This document shows positions 1 through 9,913 of a DNA stretch of 32,000 bases, piece after piece. The DNA is from Flavobacteriaceae bacterium (GTDB taxonomy: Bacteria; Bacteroidota; Bacteroidia; Flavobacteriales; Flavobacteriaceae), in NCBI GenBank assembly GCA_965224465.1, contig OZ245049.1, forward strand, positions 4,620,001 through 4,652,000, read 5' to 3'. The stretch's first letter is position 1, and the number at the start of each line of letters is the position of its first letter. The notes under the pieces are model-generated. The model was not told where the DNA came from and made no database searches. It saw only the letters and a list, made by a program, of their open reading frames with translations. Position numbers and translations under genes: made by a program.

Positions 1-1
1 C

Positions 2-694
2 AATCGAAAAGTAAGTACCTTAAAATCTTATTATAAATTTTTACAACGGATAGAGCGCTTGGAAGTTTCTCCATTGGTGAGTCATAAGAGTTTAAAAATG
101 AGCAAGCGATTGCATTTTCCTTTTTCAGAAAAAGAGATTGCCGAAGTAATGTCTGCTTTTGATACCTGTACAGATTTTGAATCTATTCGAGATAAATGTA
201 TGATTGAGCTCTTGTATGCAACAGGAATTCGTAGGTTTGAATTGATAGATCTGAAGTATAAAGACGTAGATCTTGTTAAAAAAACGATAAAGGTTTTAGG
301 GAAGCGAAATAAGGAACGTTTTATACCGTTATTAGAGCCAGTACTTGCTACGATGCGGGTGTACATAGAGCATAGAGCTTTAATAATAACAAGTGAGTCT
401 TGTTTTTTTTTAACTGTAAAAGGTAAAAAATTGTATGGTACATTTGTTTATCGGGTAATAAAGAAGTACTTTAGAGCGGTATCTTCGAAGGAAAAAACAA
501 GTCCGCATGTGCTGCGTCATTCGTTCGCAACGCACTTGTTAAATGAAGGTGCTGATTTAAACTCGGTTAAGGAATTATTGGGACATTCGAGTTTGGCATC
601 CACTCAAGTTTATACAAAAACAAACTTGAAAAAAATGAAAGAAGTGTATAACAATGCCCATCCAAGGGGCGCTAAAAAAAAAGAAGGATTATGA
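2..694 (+). CDS. Tyrosine recombinase, XerC/XerD family (5' partial, runs off window start)
   Basis: The frame is open from position 2 (NRKVSTLKSYYKFLQRIERL...), so the TTG at 59 in the ORF track is internal. The C-terminal catalytic region shows HVLRHSFATHLL (H-x-x-R) and GHSSLASTQVYT (Tyr nucleophile). The stop overlaps the next start (ATGA). Confidence 0.85.
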   Translation, partial: NRKVSTLKSYYKFLQRIERLEVSPLVSHKSLKMSKRLHFPFSEKEIAEVMSAFDTCTDFESIRDKCMIELLYATGIRRFELIDLKYKDVDLVKKTIKVLGKRNKERFIPLLEPVLATMRVYIEHRALIITSESCFFLTVKGKKLYGTFVYRVIKKYFRAVSSKEKTSPHVLRHSFATHLLNEGADLNSVKELLGHSSLASTQVYTKTNLKKMKEVYNNAHPRGAKKKEGL

Positions 695-990
695 AAGTAT
701 TTGTACAATCAGTGAATTTTACCGCAGACAAAGAATTAGTACTTTATGTCGAAAAGAAAATAAATAGTCTAGAAAAATATTTTGATAGAATTGTAGATAC
801 AGAGGTGTTTTTAAAAGTGCAACAGACAAGTGAAAAAGAGAATAAAACAGTAGAGATTAAAGTAAATATACCTGGAAATGAAATTGTTGTAAGTAAGCAA
901 GCGAAAACTTTTGAAGAAGGAGCGAGTCTTGCTGTAGATGTATTAAGACGTCAATTGACAAAGATTAAAGAAAAACAACGAACATCCTAA
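691..990 (+). CDS. hpf: Ribosome hibernation promoting factor / RaiA family (short form, 99 aa)
   Basis: MKVFVQSVNFTADKELVLYVEKKINSLEKYFDRIVDTEVFLKV... matches the typical sigma54-modulation/S30EA architecture and size. It has a 4-nt ATGA overlap with the upstream recombinase gene. Confidence 0.85.
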   Translation: MKVFVQSVNFTADKELVLYVEKKINSLEKYFDRIVDTEVFLKVQQTSEKENKTVEIKVNIPGNEIVVSKQAKTFEEGASLAVDVLRRQLTKIKEKQRTS

Positions 991-1022
991 GAAAAAAAAT
1001 AATGATTTTTATCGCTAAAAAT

Positions 1023-1053
1023 TTTGTTTAGCTAATTAACTTTTATACATTTG
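1023..1053 (+). promoter_or_regulatory. Bacteroidota sigma-A type promoter for the tRNA-tuf operon (TTTG -33 box, 19-nt spacer, TACATTTG -7 box)
   Basis: TTTG lies at 1023-1026 and TAnnTTTG (TACATTTG) at 1046-1053, with exactly 19 nt between them. The site is about 50 nt upstream of the first tRNA. Confidence 0.55.
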
Positions 1054-1103
1054 CAGTCCGTTAGAAAAACAACGGGCTGTAATTGTTTAAAGCACTTACA
1101 AAA

Positions 1104-1177
1104 GCCGATGTAGCTCAGCTGGCTAGAGCAGCTGATTTGTAATCAGCAGGTCGCGGGTTCGAGTCCCTCCATTGGCT
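1104..1177 (+). tRNA. tRNA-Thr (anticodon UGU)
   Basis: Cloverleaf read by eye. Acceptor GCCGATG/CATTGGC (one G-T). Anticodon stem GCTGA/TCAGC with loop TT-TGT-AA. T-arm GGTTCGAGTCC. No encoded CCA. Confidence 0.93.
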
Positions 1178-1314
1178 CTGGAATAATAAAGTACTTAGGT
1201 TAAAAAAAATGTAGCAATACATTTTTTTTATGAGTTAGGACGAAATAGCAAACTAAGTAAAATATCGAAGAAAAGTCCTTTCCTAGATGTGTTCATTGAA
1301 AGAAATAATTATAT

Positions 1315-1395
<81 letters not shown>

Positions 1396-1445
1396 CAATT
1401 ATTTTGTGTATCTTTGCAAAACTTTTAGTAGATTTGCAAAACAAT

Positions 1446-1518
1446 GCGAAAGTAGCTCAGTTGGTAGAGCGTCAGCCTTCCAAGCTGAATGTCGCCGGTT
1501 CGAACCCGGTCTTTCGCT
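1446..1518 (+). tRNA. tRNA-Gly (anticodon UCC)
   Basis: Acceptor GCGAAAG/CTTTCGC. Anticodon stem TCAGC/GCTGA with loop CT-TCC-AA. T-loop GGTTCGAACCC. Confidence 0.93.
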
Positions 1519-1527
1519 CAAATTATT

Positions 1528-1600
1528 GCCGACATAGCTCAGCTGGTAGAGCGCATCCTTGGTAGGGATGAGGTCATGGGTTCAAATCCCATTGTTGGCT
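1528..1600 (+). tRNA. tRNA-Thr (anticodon GGU)
   Basis: Acceptor GCCGACA/TGTTGGC (one G-T). Anticodon stem CATCC/GGATG with loop TT-GGT-AG. T-loop GGTTCAAATCC. The order Thr-Tyr-Gly-Thr-tuf mirrors E. coli thrU-tyrU-glyT-thrT-tufB. Confidence 0.93.
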
Positions 1601-1654
1601 CAAATAGTTTAAAAATAGAATAATTATATAACTAAGAATAAAAATTAAATAATC

Positions 1655-2839
1655 ATGGCAAAAGAAACCTTTGATCGTTCGAAACCGCACTTAAACATCG
1701 GTACAATCGGTCACGTTGACCACGGTAAGACTACTTTAACTGCAGCTATTACTGTTGTATTAGCTGAAAAAGGTCTTTCTGAAGTTAAAGATTTTGATCA
1801 AATTGACAACGCTCCTGAGGAGAAAGAAAGAGGTATTACTATTAATACTTCACACGTTGAGTATACAACTGAGAAACGTCACTACGCTCACGTTGACTGT
1901 CCAGGTCACGCGGATTACGTAAAGAACATGGTAACAGGTGCTGCTCAAATGGATGGTGCTATTATTGTTGTTGCTGCAACAGATGGTCCAATGCCTCAAA
2001 CTAGAGAGCATATCTTATTAGGTCGTCAGGTAGGAATTCCTAGATTGGTTGTATTCATGAATAAAGTGGATATGGTTGATGATGAAGAATTGCTTGAGTT
2101 AGTAGAGATGGAAATCAGAGAATTATTAGATTTCTATGACTATGATGGTGACAATACTCCAGTGATCCAAGGATCTGCTTTAGGAGGATTGAACAAAGAG
2201 CCAAAATGGATGGAGTCTATCATGGAATTGATGGATGCTGTTGATACTTGGATCGAATTGCCTAAACGTGATATAGATAAAGATTTCTTAATGCCAATCG
2301 AGGATGTATTTTCTATTACTGGTCGTGGTACTGTAGCAACAGGACGTATCGAAATGGGTGTAGCTAATACTGGTGATTCTGTTGATATTATTGGAATGGG
2401 AGCTGAAAAATTAACTTCTACTGTAACAGGAGTTGAAATGTTCCGTAAAATATTAGATAGAGGTGAAGCTGGTGATAACGTAGGTATCTTATTAAGAGGT
2501 ATTGCGAAAGAAGATATCAAAAGAGGAATGGTAATCTGTAAGCCAGGTTCTGTAACTCCACATGATAAATTCAAAGCTGAGGTTTATATCCTTAAAAAAG
2601 AAGAAGGTGGACGTCACACTCCATTCCACAACAACTACCGTCCACAGTTCTACGTTAGAACAACGGATGTAACAGGTACTATTATGTTACCTGATGGAGT
2701 TGAAATGGTTATGCCAGGAGATAACTTAACAATTACTGTTGATTTACACCAAGCAATTGCAATGAATGTAGGTTTACGTTTCGCAATTCGTGAAGGAGGT
2801 AGAACAGTAGGAGCTGGTCAAGTTACTGAAATTCTTTAG
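1655..2839 (+). CDS. tuf: Translation elongation factor Tu
   Basis: 394 aa with GHVDHGKTT (P-loop), DCPGH and NKVD GTPase motifs. Full-length EF-Tu sequence. Confidence 0.99.
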   Translation: MAKETFDRSKPHLNIGTIGHVDHGKTTLTAAITVVLAEKGLSEVKDFDQIDNAPEEKERGITINTSHVEYTTEKRHYAHVDCPGHADYVKNMVTGAAQMDGAIIVVAATDGPMPQTREHILLGRQVGIPRLVVFMNKVDMVDDEELLELVEMEIRELLDFYDYDGDNTPVIQGSALGGLNKEPKWMESIMELMDAVDTWIELPKRDIDKDFLMPIEDVFSITGRGTVATGRIEMGVANTGDSVDIIGMGAEKLTSTVTGVEMFRKILDRGEAGDNVGILLRGIAKEDIKRGMVICKPGSVTPHDKFKAEVYILKKEEGGRHTPFHNNYRPQFYVRTTDVTGTIMLPDGVEMVMPGDNLTITVDLHQAIAMNVGLRFAIREGGRTVGAGQVTEIL

Positions 2840-2864
2840 TAAACAAGATTAGTATAAAAGTATC

Positions 2865-2890
2865 AAGGTGCTTTGTTCGCAAAGCACCTT
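2865..2890 (+). other. Perfect 11-bp stem-loop with TTCG loop between tuf and tRNA-Trp (no T-tract)
   Basis: AAGGTGCTTTG-TTCG-CAAAGCACCTT. The sequence that follows is AACTTACGGG, so it is not a canonical intrinsic terminator. It is more likely an mRNA 3'-end stabiliser or processing structure. Confidence 0.5.
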
Positions 2891-2895
2891 AACTT

Positions 2896-2968
2896 ACGGG
2901 TTTAGCTCAGTTGGTAGAGCACTGGTCTCCAAAACCAGGTGTCGGGAGTTCGAGTCTCTCAATCCGTG
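2896..2968 (+). tRNA. tRNA-Trp (anticodon CCA)
   Basis: Acceptor ACGGGTT/AATCCGT (one G-T). Anticodon stem CTGGT/ACCAG with loop CT-CCA-AA. T-loop AGTTCGAGTCT. It sits in the conserved tuf-tRNA-Trp-secE position. Confidence 0.9.
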
Positions 2969-2985
2969 CAAATATAGATAGCGAA

Positions 2986-3174
2986 ATGAAAGTAGTAAAT
3001 TATATTAAAGATTCATACGAAGAATTGACAACTAAGATGTCATGGATTCCTTGGGCAGAAGCTCAACAATCGACAGTAGTTGTTGCTGCTTTTACTGTAT
3101 TATTTGCCATAGCAATTTTTGCAGTAGATAAAGTATTCCAAGGTATATTGGGAGAGTTTTTCAAACTAATTTAA
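2986..3174 (+). CDS. secE: Preprotein translocase subunit SecE (62 aa, single C-terminal TM helix)
   Basis: MKVVNYIKDSYEELTTKMSWIPW...VVVAAFTVLFAIAIFAVDKVF. Small size, one TM helix, conserved position immediately upstream of nusG. The ORF-track start at 2911 lies inside tRNA-Trp, so the ATG at 2986 is used. Confidence 0.85.
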   Translation: MKVVNYIKDSYEELTTKMSWIPWAEAQQSTVVVAAFTVLFAIAIFAVDKVFQGILGEFFKLI

Positions 3175-3195
3175 TTAAAAAACAACAAGTTTAGT

Positions 3196-3747
3196 ATGTC
3201 TAATTCTGTAAAGAAATGGTACGTAGTCCGAGCAATTGGAGGTCAAGAAAATAAAGTGAAAACTTATATTGACAACGAGGTTACCCGATTGGGAATTGAG
3301 GATTATGTTGCTCAAGTATTGGTGCCTACAGAAAAGGTGATTCAGATAAAAGATGGAAAAAAAATACACAAAGAACGTGTATATTTTCCTGGTTATATTA
3401 TGATCGAGGCAAACTTGAGTGGAGAAATTCCGCATATTATTAAAGCGATACCTGGTATTATCGGATTTTTAGGTGAGGTAAAAGGAGGAGATCCTGTACC
3501 GTTGCGTAAAAGTGAGGTAAATAGAATGTTAGGTAAAGTGGATGAATTGGCAGTTAGCAATGAAAACGTGGCAATACCATTTATACTTGGTGAAACGGTA
3601 AAAGTTGTTGATGGTCCATTTAATGGTTTCGATGGAATTGTCGAAAAAATAAACGAAGAAAAACGCAAGCTGGAAGTAATGGTGAAAATATTTGGAAGAA
3701 AAACACCTTTAGAACTAAGCTATATGCAAGTAGAAAAAATTTCATAA
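3196..3747 (+). CDS. nusG: Transcription termination/antitermination factor NusG
   Basis: KKWYVVRAIGGQENKVK... (NGN domain) and a C-terminal KOW region (GETVKVVDGPFNGFDGIVEKINEEKRKLEVMVKIFGRKTPLEL). Confidence 0.97.
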   Translation: MSNSVKKWYVVRAIGGQENKVKTYIDNEVTRLGIEDYVAQVLVPTEKVIQIKDGKKIHKERVYFPGYIMIEANLSGEIPHIIKAIPGIIGFLGEVKGGDPVPLRKSEVNRMLGKVDELAVSNENVAIPFILGETVKVVDGPFNGFDGIVEKINEEKRKLEVMVKIFGRKTPLELSYMQVEKIS

Positions 3748-3819
3748 TTGTTACAAATTATATTTAGACAAAAAGGATGGCTTCCATCATCCTATAGTCT
3801 TTCATCTTAAGATTAAGAA

Positions 3820-4263
3820 ATGGCAAAAGAAGTAAGCAAAGTAGTAAAATTACAAGTGCGTGGAGGTGCTGCAAATCCTTCACCACCAGTTGGACCTGCT
3901 TTAGGTGCTGCCGGAGTGAATATTATGGAGTTCTGTAAGCAATTTAATGCAAGAACTCAAGACAAACAAGGAAAAGTTTTACCAGTTGCGATTACCGTAT
4001 ACATGGATAAATCTTTTGATTTTGTTATCAAAACTCCACCGGCTGCAGTACAAATTTTAGAAGCAGCAAAAATTAAAAAAGGTTCAGGAGAACCTAACCG
4101 TAAAAAGGTAGCAAGTGTAACTTGGGATCAATTAAAAGTAATTGCAGAAGACAAGATGGCAGATTTAAATGCTTTCACTGTTGAATCAGCAATGCTTATG
4201 ATGGCAGGTACAGCGCGTTCTATGGGTATAACTGTTAAGGGAGAAGCTCCTGTTAAACAATAA
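3820..4263 (+). CDS. rplK: 50S ribosomal protein L11
   Basis: [35 protein letters not shown] is the L11 signature. Conserved operon position. Confidence 0.98.
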   Translation: MAKEVSKVVKLQVRGGAANPSPPVGPALGAAGVNIMEFCKQFNARTQDKQGKVLPVAITVYMDKSFDFVIKTPPAAVQILEAAKIKKGSGEPNRKKVASVTWDQLKVIAEDKMADLNAFTVESAMLMMAGTARSMGITVKGEAPVKQ

Positions 4264-4278
4264 AACAGCACGTTTAAA

Positions 4279-4968
4279 ATGGCAAAATTAACAAAAAAGC
4301 AAAAAGAAGCAACGGCGAAATTTGATGTAAATCAAACATTCAGCTTGAAAGCAGCTTCAGCTTTGGTAAAAGAAATTACCAATGTAAACTTTGACGCATC
4401 TATAGATTTAGCTGTTCGTTTAGGAGTAGATCCTCGTAAAGCAAATCAAATGGTACGTGGTGTTGTAACATTACCTCACGGAACTGGAAAAGATGTAAAA
4501 GTATTGGCATTAGTTACTCCAGATAAAGAAGCAGATGCTAAAGAAGCAGGTGCTGATTATGTTGGATTGGATGAGTACCTTGCAAAAATTAAAGGTGGTT
4601 GGACTAATGTAGATGTGATTATTACAATGCCTAGTGTTATGGGTAAATTAGGTCCTTTAGGTCGTATATTAGGCCCAAGAGGTTTAATGCCTAACCCTAA
4701 GACTGGTACTGTAACAATGGATATTGCAAAAGCAGTAAGAGAGGTTAAAGCGGGTAAAATTGACTTTAAAGTTGATAAAACTGGTATCGTTCATGCATCT
4801 GTTGGAAAAGCATCTTTTGATGCGGATAAAATCCAAGAAAATGCAGCAGAATTGATTCAAACCTTATTAAAATTAAAACCAACAGCAGCGAAAGGAACTT
4901 ATGTTAAAAGTATCTTTATGTCTAGTACGATGAGTCCTGGAATCGCTATTGATGTAAAATCAGTATAA
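4279..4968 (+). CDS. rplA: 50S ribosomal protein L1
   Basis: 229 aa, with ...[25 protein letters not shown]... and ...[19 protein letters not shown]... typical of L1. Confidence 0.98.
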   Translation: MAKLTKKQKEATAKFDVNQTFSLKAASALVKEITNVNFDASIDLAVRLGVDPRKANQMVRGVVTLPHGTGKDVKVLALVTPDKEADAKEAGADYVGLDEYLAKIKGGWTNVDVIITMPSVMGKLGPLGRILGPRGLMPNPKTGTVTMDIAKAVREVKAGKIDFKVDKTGIVHASVGKASFDADKIQENAAELIQTLLKLKPTAAKGTYVKSIFMSSTMSPGIAIDVKSV

Positions 4969-4987
4969 AACTGTTAAATAAGAAATT

Positions 4988-5503
4988 ATGACAAGAGCAG
5001 AAAAAGCACAAGTAATAGAAGATTTAACAGCACAATTAACTGAAGAAAAAATCATCTATATCGCAGATATCTCTGGATTGGATGCATTGACTACATCAGA
5101 TTTACGTAGAGCTTGTTTTAAGGCAAACGTAAAATTAACAGTTGTTAAAAATACATTGCTTGCAAAGGCAATGGAAAATTCAGATAAAGATTTTGAAAAC
5201 CTTCCTTCAGTATTGAAAGGAAATTCATCAGTAATGTATTCTGAGACTGGTAATGCACCAGCAAAAGTAATTAAAGAGTTTCGTAAGAAGTCAGATAAAC
5301 CTCTTTTAAAAGGAGCGTATGTTGAATCTGCTGTATATATTGGGGATGACCTATTAGATACATTGGTTAACATCAAATCTAAAGAAGAAGTTATTGGAGA
5401 CATTATCGGATTGTTACAATCACCAGCTAAGAACGTTATTTCAGCGTTACAATCAGGTGGTAATAAACTATCAGGTATCCTTAAGACTTTGGCGGACAAA
5501 TAA
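4988..5503 (+). CDS. rplJ: 50S ribosomal protein L10
   Basis: 171 aa. N-terminus MTRAEKAQVIEDLTAQL... Sits between rplA and rplL. Confidence 0.96.
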   Translation: MTRAEKAQVIEDLTAQLTEEKIIYIADISGLDALTTSDLRRACFKANVKLTVVKNTLLAKAMENSDKDFENLPSVLKGNSSVMYSETGNAPAKVIKEFRKKSDKPLLKGAYVESAVYIGDDLLDTLVNIKSKEEVIGDIIGLLQSPAKNVISALQSGGNKLSGILKTLADK

Positions 5504-5550
5504 ATTCGCGCACTAATAAACTAATATAAAAATTAAAAAAAACCAGAAAA

Positions 5551-5922
5551 ATGGCAGATTTAAAAGATTTCGCAGAACAATTAGTTAACTTAACAGTAAA
5601 AGAAGTTAATGAATTAGCTGATATATTGAAAGATGAATATGGTATCGAGCCAGCAGCAGCAGCTGTAGCAGTGGCAGGTCCAGCAGCAGGTGCAGAAGCA
5701 GTTGAAGAACAAACTGAATTTGACGTAATCTTAAAAGCAGCAGGTTCTTCTAAACTTGCAGTTGTAAAGTTAGTAAAAGAATTAACTGGACAAGGATTAA
5801 AAGAAGCTAAAGGTATCGTAGATAGCGCACCATCTGCAATTAAGGAAGGTGTTTCTAAAGACGAAGCTGAAGCTTTAAAAGCTCAGTTAGAAGAAGCAGG
5901 AGCTGAGGTTGAGCTTAAGTAA
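5551..5922 (+). CDS. rplL: 50S ribosomal protein L7/L12
   Basis: Ala-rich hinge ([18 protein letters not shown]) and a C-terminal domain ...[22 protein letters not shown]...EAGAEVELK. Confidence 0.98.
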   Translation: MADLKDFAEQLVNLTVKEVNELADILKDEYGIEPAAAAVAVAGPAAGAEAVEEQTEFDVILKAAGSSKLAVVKLVKELTGQGLKEAKGIVDSAPSAIKEGVSKDEAEALKAQLEEAGAEVELK

Positions 5923-5945
5923 GCTTTACTAAACAGACAAGATTA

Positions 5946-5985
5946 GGTTTAGGTTGGGGTTCATCTCTCGACCTAAACCATTTTG
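5946..5985 (+). terminator. rplL-rpoB intergenic hairpin plus short T-run (probable attenuator / partial terminator)
   Basis: GGTTTAGGT (5946-5954) pairs with ACCTAAACC (5971-5979), followed by ATTTTG. The position matches the classical L7/L12-rpoB attenuator. Confidence 0.5.
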
Positions 5986-5989
5986 CGTA

Positions 5990-5997
5990 TATATTTG
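5990..5997 (+). promoter_or_regulatory. Candidate -7 box (TATATTTG) for an internal rpoBC promoter
   Basis: Exact TAnnTTTG match 44 nt upstream of the rpoB start. No well-spaced -33 TTTG was seen. Confidence 0.35.
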
Positions 5998-6040
5998 TTT
6001 TTATATTATAATAGTTTTTTTAACTTAAATTTTTTGTCCA

Positions 6041-9000
6041 TTGGCTACAAAAAAATTCACCGAAAGAATCAACTTTGCATCAGCTAAATTGGTTATGGAT
6101 TATCCAGATTTTCTAGATATCCAGGTAAAATCGTTTCAAGATTTTTTCCAATTACAAACAAAAGCTGACGAACGAAGTAATGAAGGCTTGTTTAAGACCT
6201 TCATGGATAATTTTCCAATTACTGATACTCGTAATCAATTTGTTTTAGAGTTTATCGATTACTTCGTAGACCCACCAAGATACTCTATTCAAGAGTGTAT
6301 TGAAAGAGGGTTAACTCACAGTGTGCCGCTAAAAGCACGTCTTAAATTATATTGTACGGATCCTGAACATGAGGATTTCGAAACGATTGTACAAGACGTA
6401 TATTTAGGTACTATACCTTATATGACCAATAGTGGTACTTTTGTTATAAATGGTGCTGAACGTGTTGTGGTTTCTCAATTACACCGTTCTCCGGGAGTAT
6501 TCTTCGGGCAGTCGTTCCATGCAAACGGAACAAAATTGTATTCGGCTCGTGTAATTCCTTTTAAAGGATCATGGATCGAATTTGCGACAGACATCAATCA
6601 AGTGATGTATGCGTATATTGATAGAAAAAAGAAATTACCAGTTACTACCTTATTTAGAGCCATAGGTTTTGAACGAGATAAAGATATTTTAGAGATTTTT
6701 GACCTTGCAGAAGAAGTTAAAGTTTCGAAAAGTGGACTTAAAAAAGTATTAGGGCGAAGAACAGCAGCACGTATATTAAAAACTTGGTTTGAAGATTTCG
6801 TTGATGAGGATACTGGTGAAGTAGTTTCTATTGAGCGTAACGAAATTATTTTTGATCGTGACACCTTGTTGGAAAAAGAGCATATTGATGCCATTGTAGA
6901 TTCTGGTTCTACAACTATTCTATTGCACAAAGAAGACAACTTAACGTCTGATTACGCCATTATTCACAATACCTTACAAAAGGATCCTACGAATTCTGAA
7001 AAAGAAGCCGTAGAACACATATACCGTCAATTACGTAACGCAGAACCGCCAGATTATGAGACTGCAAAAGGTATTATTGACAAGTTATTCTTCTCTGAAC
7101 AACGTTACAATTTAGGTGAAGTTGGTCGTTATAGAATGAATAAAAAATTGGGATTAGACATTGATATCAATCAACGTGTATTGACCAAATTAGACATCAT
7201 CACCATTATTAAGAATTTAATCAAATTGGTTAATTCTAAAGCAGAGGTGGATGATATTGACCATTTATCAAACCGTCGTGTTCGTACAGTTGGAGAACAA
7301 TTAGCTAGCCAGTTTGGTGTAGGATTGTCTCGTATGGCGCGTACTATTCGTGAACGTATGAACGTTCGGGATAATGAGGTGTTTACACCAATAGATTTGA
7401 TCAATGCAAAAACATTATCATCAGTAATTAACTCATTCTTTGGTACCAACCAGTTGTCTCAATTTATGGATCAAACCAATCCATTAGCAGAGATCACACA
7501 TAAGCGTCGTTTATCGGCTCTTGGACCAGGTGGTTTATCAAGAGAAAGAGCAGGTTTTGAGGTTCGAGATGTTCACTATACGCACTACGGTCGTTTGTGT
7601 CCAATTGAAACACCAGAGGGACCAAATATTGGACTTATTTCGTCATTAGCTGTGTATGCGAAAGTAAATAATTTAGGATTCATAGAAACTCCTTATCGGG
7701 AAGTTATAGATGGTGTTGTAAATATTAAAGACACTCCTAATTATTTAAGTGCAGAGGAAGAAGAAGGAATGAAATTCGCCCAATCTAACCTAGAGTTGGA
7801 TGAAAACGGGAAATTTGTAAGTGACAGAATTATTGTTCGTGAAGAAGCGGATTATCCAGTTGTACCTCCTACGGATGTGAATTTTATGGATGTTTCTCCA
7901 AATCAAATTGCATCTATATCTGCATCGTTAATTCCTTTCTTGGAACATGATGATGCCAACCGTGCATTGATGGGATCTAACATGATGCGTCAGGCAGTAC
8001 CATTATTACGTCCTGATTCTCCTATTGTTGGAACTGGATTGGAACGTAGAGTTGCAAAAGATTCTCGTATTCTAATGAATGCTGAAGGACCGGGAGTTGT
8101 TGAATATGTGGATGCGAATAGAATTGTCATTAAATACGATCGTTCTGATGAAGAGCGCTTGGTGAGTTTTGACGATGATGATAAAACATACGACTTAATT
8201 AAATTCCGTAAAACAAATCAAGGTACGTCTATCAACTTAAAACCGATTGTTCAAAAAGGTGATAGAGTTGAAGAAGGACAAGTACTTTGTGAAGGTTATG
8301 CGACACAAAAAGGTGAATTAGCCTTGGGTAGAAACATGAAAGTTGCCTTTATGCCTTGGAAAGGGTATAACTTTGAGGATGCAATTGTGATTTCTGAAAA
8401 AGTGGTACGTGAAGATATTTTTACTTCGATTCATATTGATGAGTATTCTCTAGATGTTAGAGATACTAAATTGGGTGCAGAGGAGTTGACAAACGATATA
8501 CCGAATGTTTCAGAAGAGGCTACTAAAGACTTGGATGAGAATGGTATGATTCGTATCGGTGCAGAAGTAAAACCTGGTGATATTTTAATAGGAAAAATTA
8601 CTCCAAAAGGAGAATCTGACCCTACTCCAGAAGAAAAATTACTACGTGCTATTTTTGGTGATAAAGCAGGAGATGTAAAAGATGCTTCTTTAAAAGCTTC
8701 TCCATCTTTGAGAGGTGTTGTGATTGCCAAGAAATTGTTTATGCGTGCTGTTAAAGATAAATCTAAAAGAGCAAAGGATAAAGTTGATATTGCCAAATTA
8801 GATGATAAGTATTCTGCTAAATTAGAAGTTTTGAGAACCATTTTGGTGGATAAATTATTCCACTTAGTTAATGGGAAAACGTCTCAAGGTGTTCAAAATG
8901 ATTTAGGTGAAGAAATCCTACCAAAAGGTAAGAAATTCACTCAGAAAATGTTGAACAATGTGAATGATTTTGTTCACCTTACTAAAGGAACTTGGACTAC

Positions 9001-9889
9001 AGATATTGAATTGAATACTTTGGTTGGTGAATTAGTTCACAATTATAAGATTAAAGTAAACGACATACAAGGAGGTTTACGTAGAGAGAAATTTACTATT
9101 TCTGTAGGGGATGAACTTCCTGCAGGTATTGTGAAATTAGCAAAAGTATATATTGCTAAAAAACGTAAATTAAAAGTAGGTGATAAAATGGCGGGTCGTC
9201 ACGGAAACAAAGGTATTGTTGCCCGTATCGTTCGTCAAGAAGATATGCCGTTCTTAGAGGATGGAACACCAGTAGATATCGTATTGAATCCACTTGGAGT
9301 ACCATCTCGTATGAATATTGGTCAAATCTATGAAACCGTTCTTGGATGGGCAGGTCAAAATTTGGGTAAAAAATTCGCTACTCCTATTTTTGATGGAGCA
9401 ACACTCGATCAAATTAATGCCTATACAGATGAAGCAGGAGTGCCTCGTTTTGGACATACATATTTATATGATGGAGGTACGGGAGATCGTTTTGATCAAG
9501 CTGCAACTGTTGGAGTTATTTATATGATTAAATTAGGTCATATGATTGACGATAAGATGCATGCGCGTTCTATCGGACCGTACTCATTAATTACGCAACA
9601 ACCACTTGGAGGTAAAGCTCAATTTGGAGGTCAGCGTTTTGGAGAAATGGAAGTTTGGGCATTGGAAGCTTATGGAGCATCTGCTACATTGAGAGAAATC
9701 TTGACTGTAAAATCAGATGATGTATTAGGTAGAGCCAAAACATATGAAGCAATCGTTAAAGGGGAAGCTATGCCAGAACCGGGATTACCAGAATCATTCA
9801 ATGTGTTAATGCACGAATTAAAAGGATTGGCATTAGATGTTCGTTTGGAAGATGAATTTGGTAGAGATATTAACGAATCAAAAAAGTAA
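6041..9889 (+). CDS. rpoB: DNA-directed RNA polymerase subunit beta (TTG start as called)
   Basis: 1282 aa. Conserved blocks include ...[22 protein letters not shown]..., ...[24 protein letters not shown]... and ...[18 protein letters not shown]... The start is TTG at 6041, with no in-frame upstream ATG in the open frame. Confidence 0.98.
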   Translation: MATKKFTERINFASAKLVMDYPDFLDIQVKSFQDFFQLQTKADERSNEGLFKTFMDNFPITDTRNQFVLEFIDYFVDPPRYSIQECIERGLTHSVPLKARLKLYCTDPEHEDFETIVQDVYLGTIPYMTNSGTFVINGAERVVVSQLHRSPGVFFGQSFHANGTKLYSARVIPFKGSWIEFATDINQVMYAYIDRKKKLPVTTLFRAIGFERDKDILEIFDLAEEVKVSKSGLKKVLGRRTAARILKTWFEDFVDEDTGEVVSIERNEIIFDRDTLLEKEHIDAIVDSGSTTILLHKEDNLTSDYAIIHNTLQKDPTNSEKEAVEHIYRQLRNAEPPDYETAKGIIDKLFFSEQRYNLGEVGRYRMNKKLGLDIDINQRVLTKLDIITIIKNLIKLVNSKAEVDDIDHLSNRRVRTVGEQLASQFGVGLSRMARTIRERMNVRDNEVFTPIDLINAKTLSSVINSFFGTNQLSQFMDQTNPLAEITHKRRLSALGPGGLSRERAGFEVRDVHYTHYGRLCPIETPEGPNIGLISSLAVYAKVNNLGFIETPYREVIDGVVNIKDTPNYLSAEEEEGMKFAQSNLELDENGKFVSDRIIVREEADYPVVPPTDVNFMDVSPNQIASISASLIPFLEHDDANRALMGSNMMRQAVPLLRPDSPIVGTGLERRVAKDSRILMNAEGPGVVEYVDANRIVIKYDRSDEERLVSFDDDDKTYDLIKFRKTNQGTSINLKPIVQKGDRVEEGQVLCEGYATQKGELALGRNMKVAFMPWKGYNFEDAIVISEKVVREDIFTSIHIDEYSLDVRDTKLGAEELTNDIPNVSEEATKDLDENGMIRIGAEVKPGDILIGKITPKGESDPTPEEKLLRAIFGDKAGDVKDASLKASPSLRGVVIAKKLFMRAVKDKSKRAKDKVDIAKLDDKYSAKLEVLRTILVDKLFHLVNGKTSQGVQNDLGEEILPKGKKFTQKMLNNVNDFVHLTKGTWTTDIELNTLVGELVHNYKIKVNDIQGGLRREKFTISVGDELPAGIVKLAKVYIAKKRKLKVGDKMAGRHGNKGIVARIVRQEDMPFLEDGTPVDIVLNPLGVPSRMNIGQIYETVLGWAGQNLGKKFATPIFDGATLDQINAYTDEAGVPRFGHTYLYDGGTGDRFDQAATVGVIYMIKLGHMIDDKMHARSIGPYSLITQQPLGGKAQFGGQRFGEMEVWALEAYGASATLREILTVKSDDVLGRAKTYEAIVKGEAMPEPGLPESFNVLMHELKGLALDVRLEDEFGRDINESKK

Positions 9890-9913
9890 TTATTTAATTG
9901 CACAATTTTAATT

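Noticed and set aside
1202-1229. A/T-only hairpin AAAAAAAATGTA-GCAA-TACATTTTTTTT after tRNA-Thr(UGU) as a terminator
   Set aside because: The stem is almost entirely A-T and would be very weak. It also sits inside what is normally a single tRNA-tuf transcript.
2911-2985. N-terminal extension of the secE ORF (start at 2911)
   Set aside because: The first 25 codons lie mostly inside tRNA-Trp (2896-2968). The ATG at 2986 gives a normal 62-aa SecE.
3774-3792. Hairpin (AGGATG...CATCCT) in the nusG-rplK spacer as an L1-binding autoregulatory leader
   Set aside because: The position is plausible. I cannot show similarity to the 23S L1-binding site or to the known L1 leader by eye, so it stays an unassigned stem-loop.
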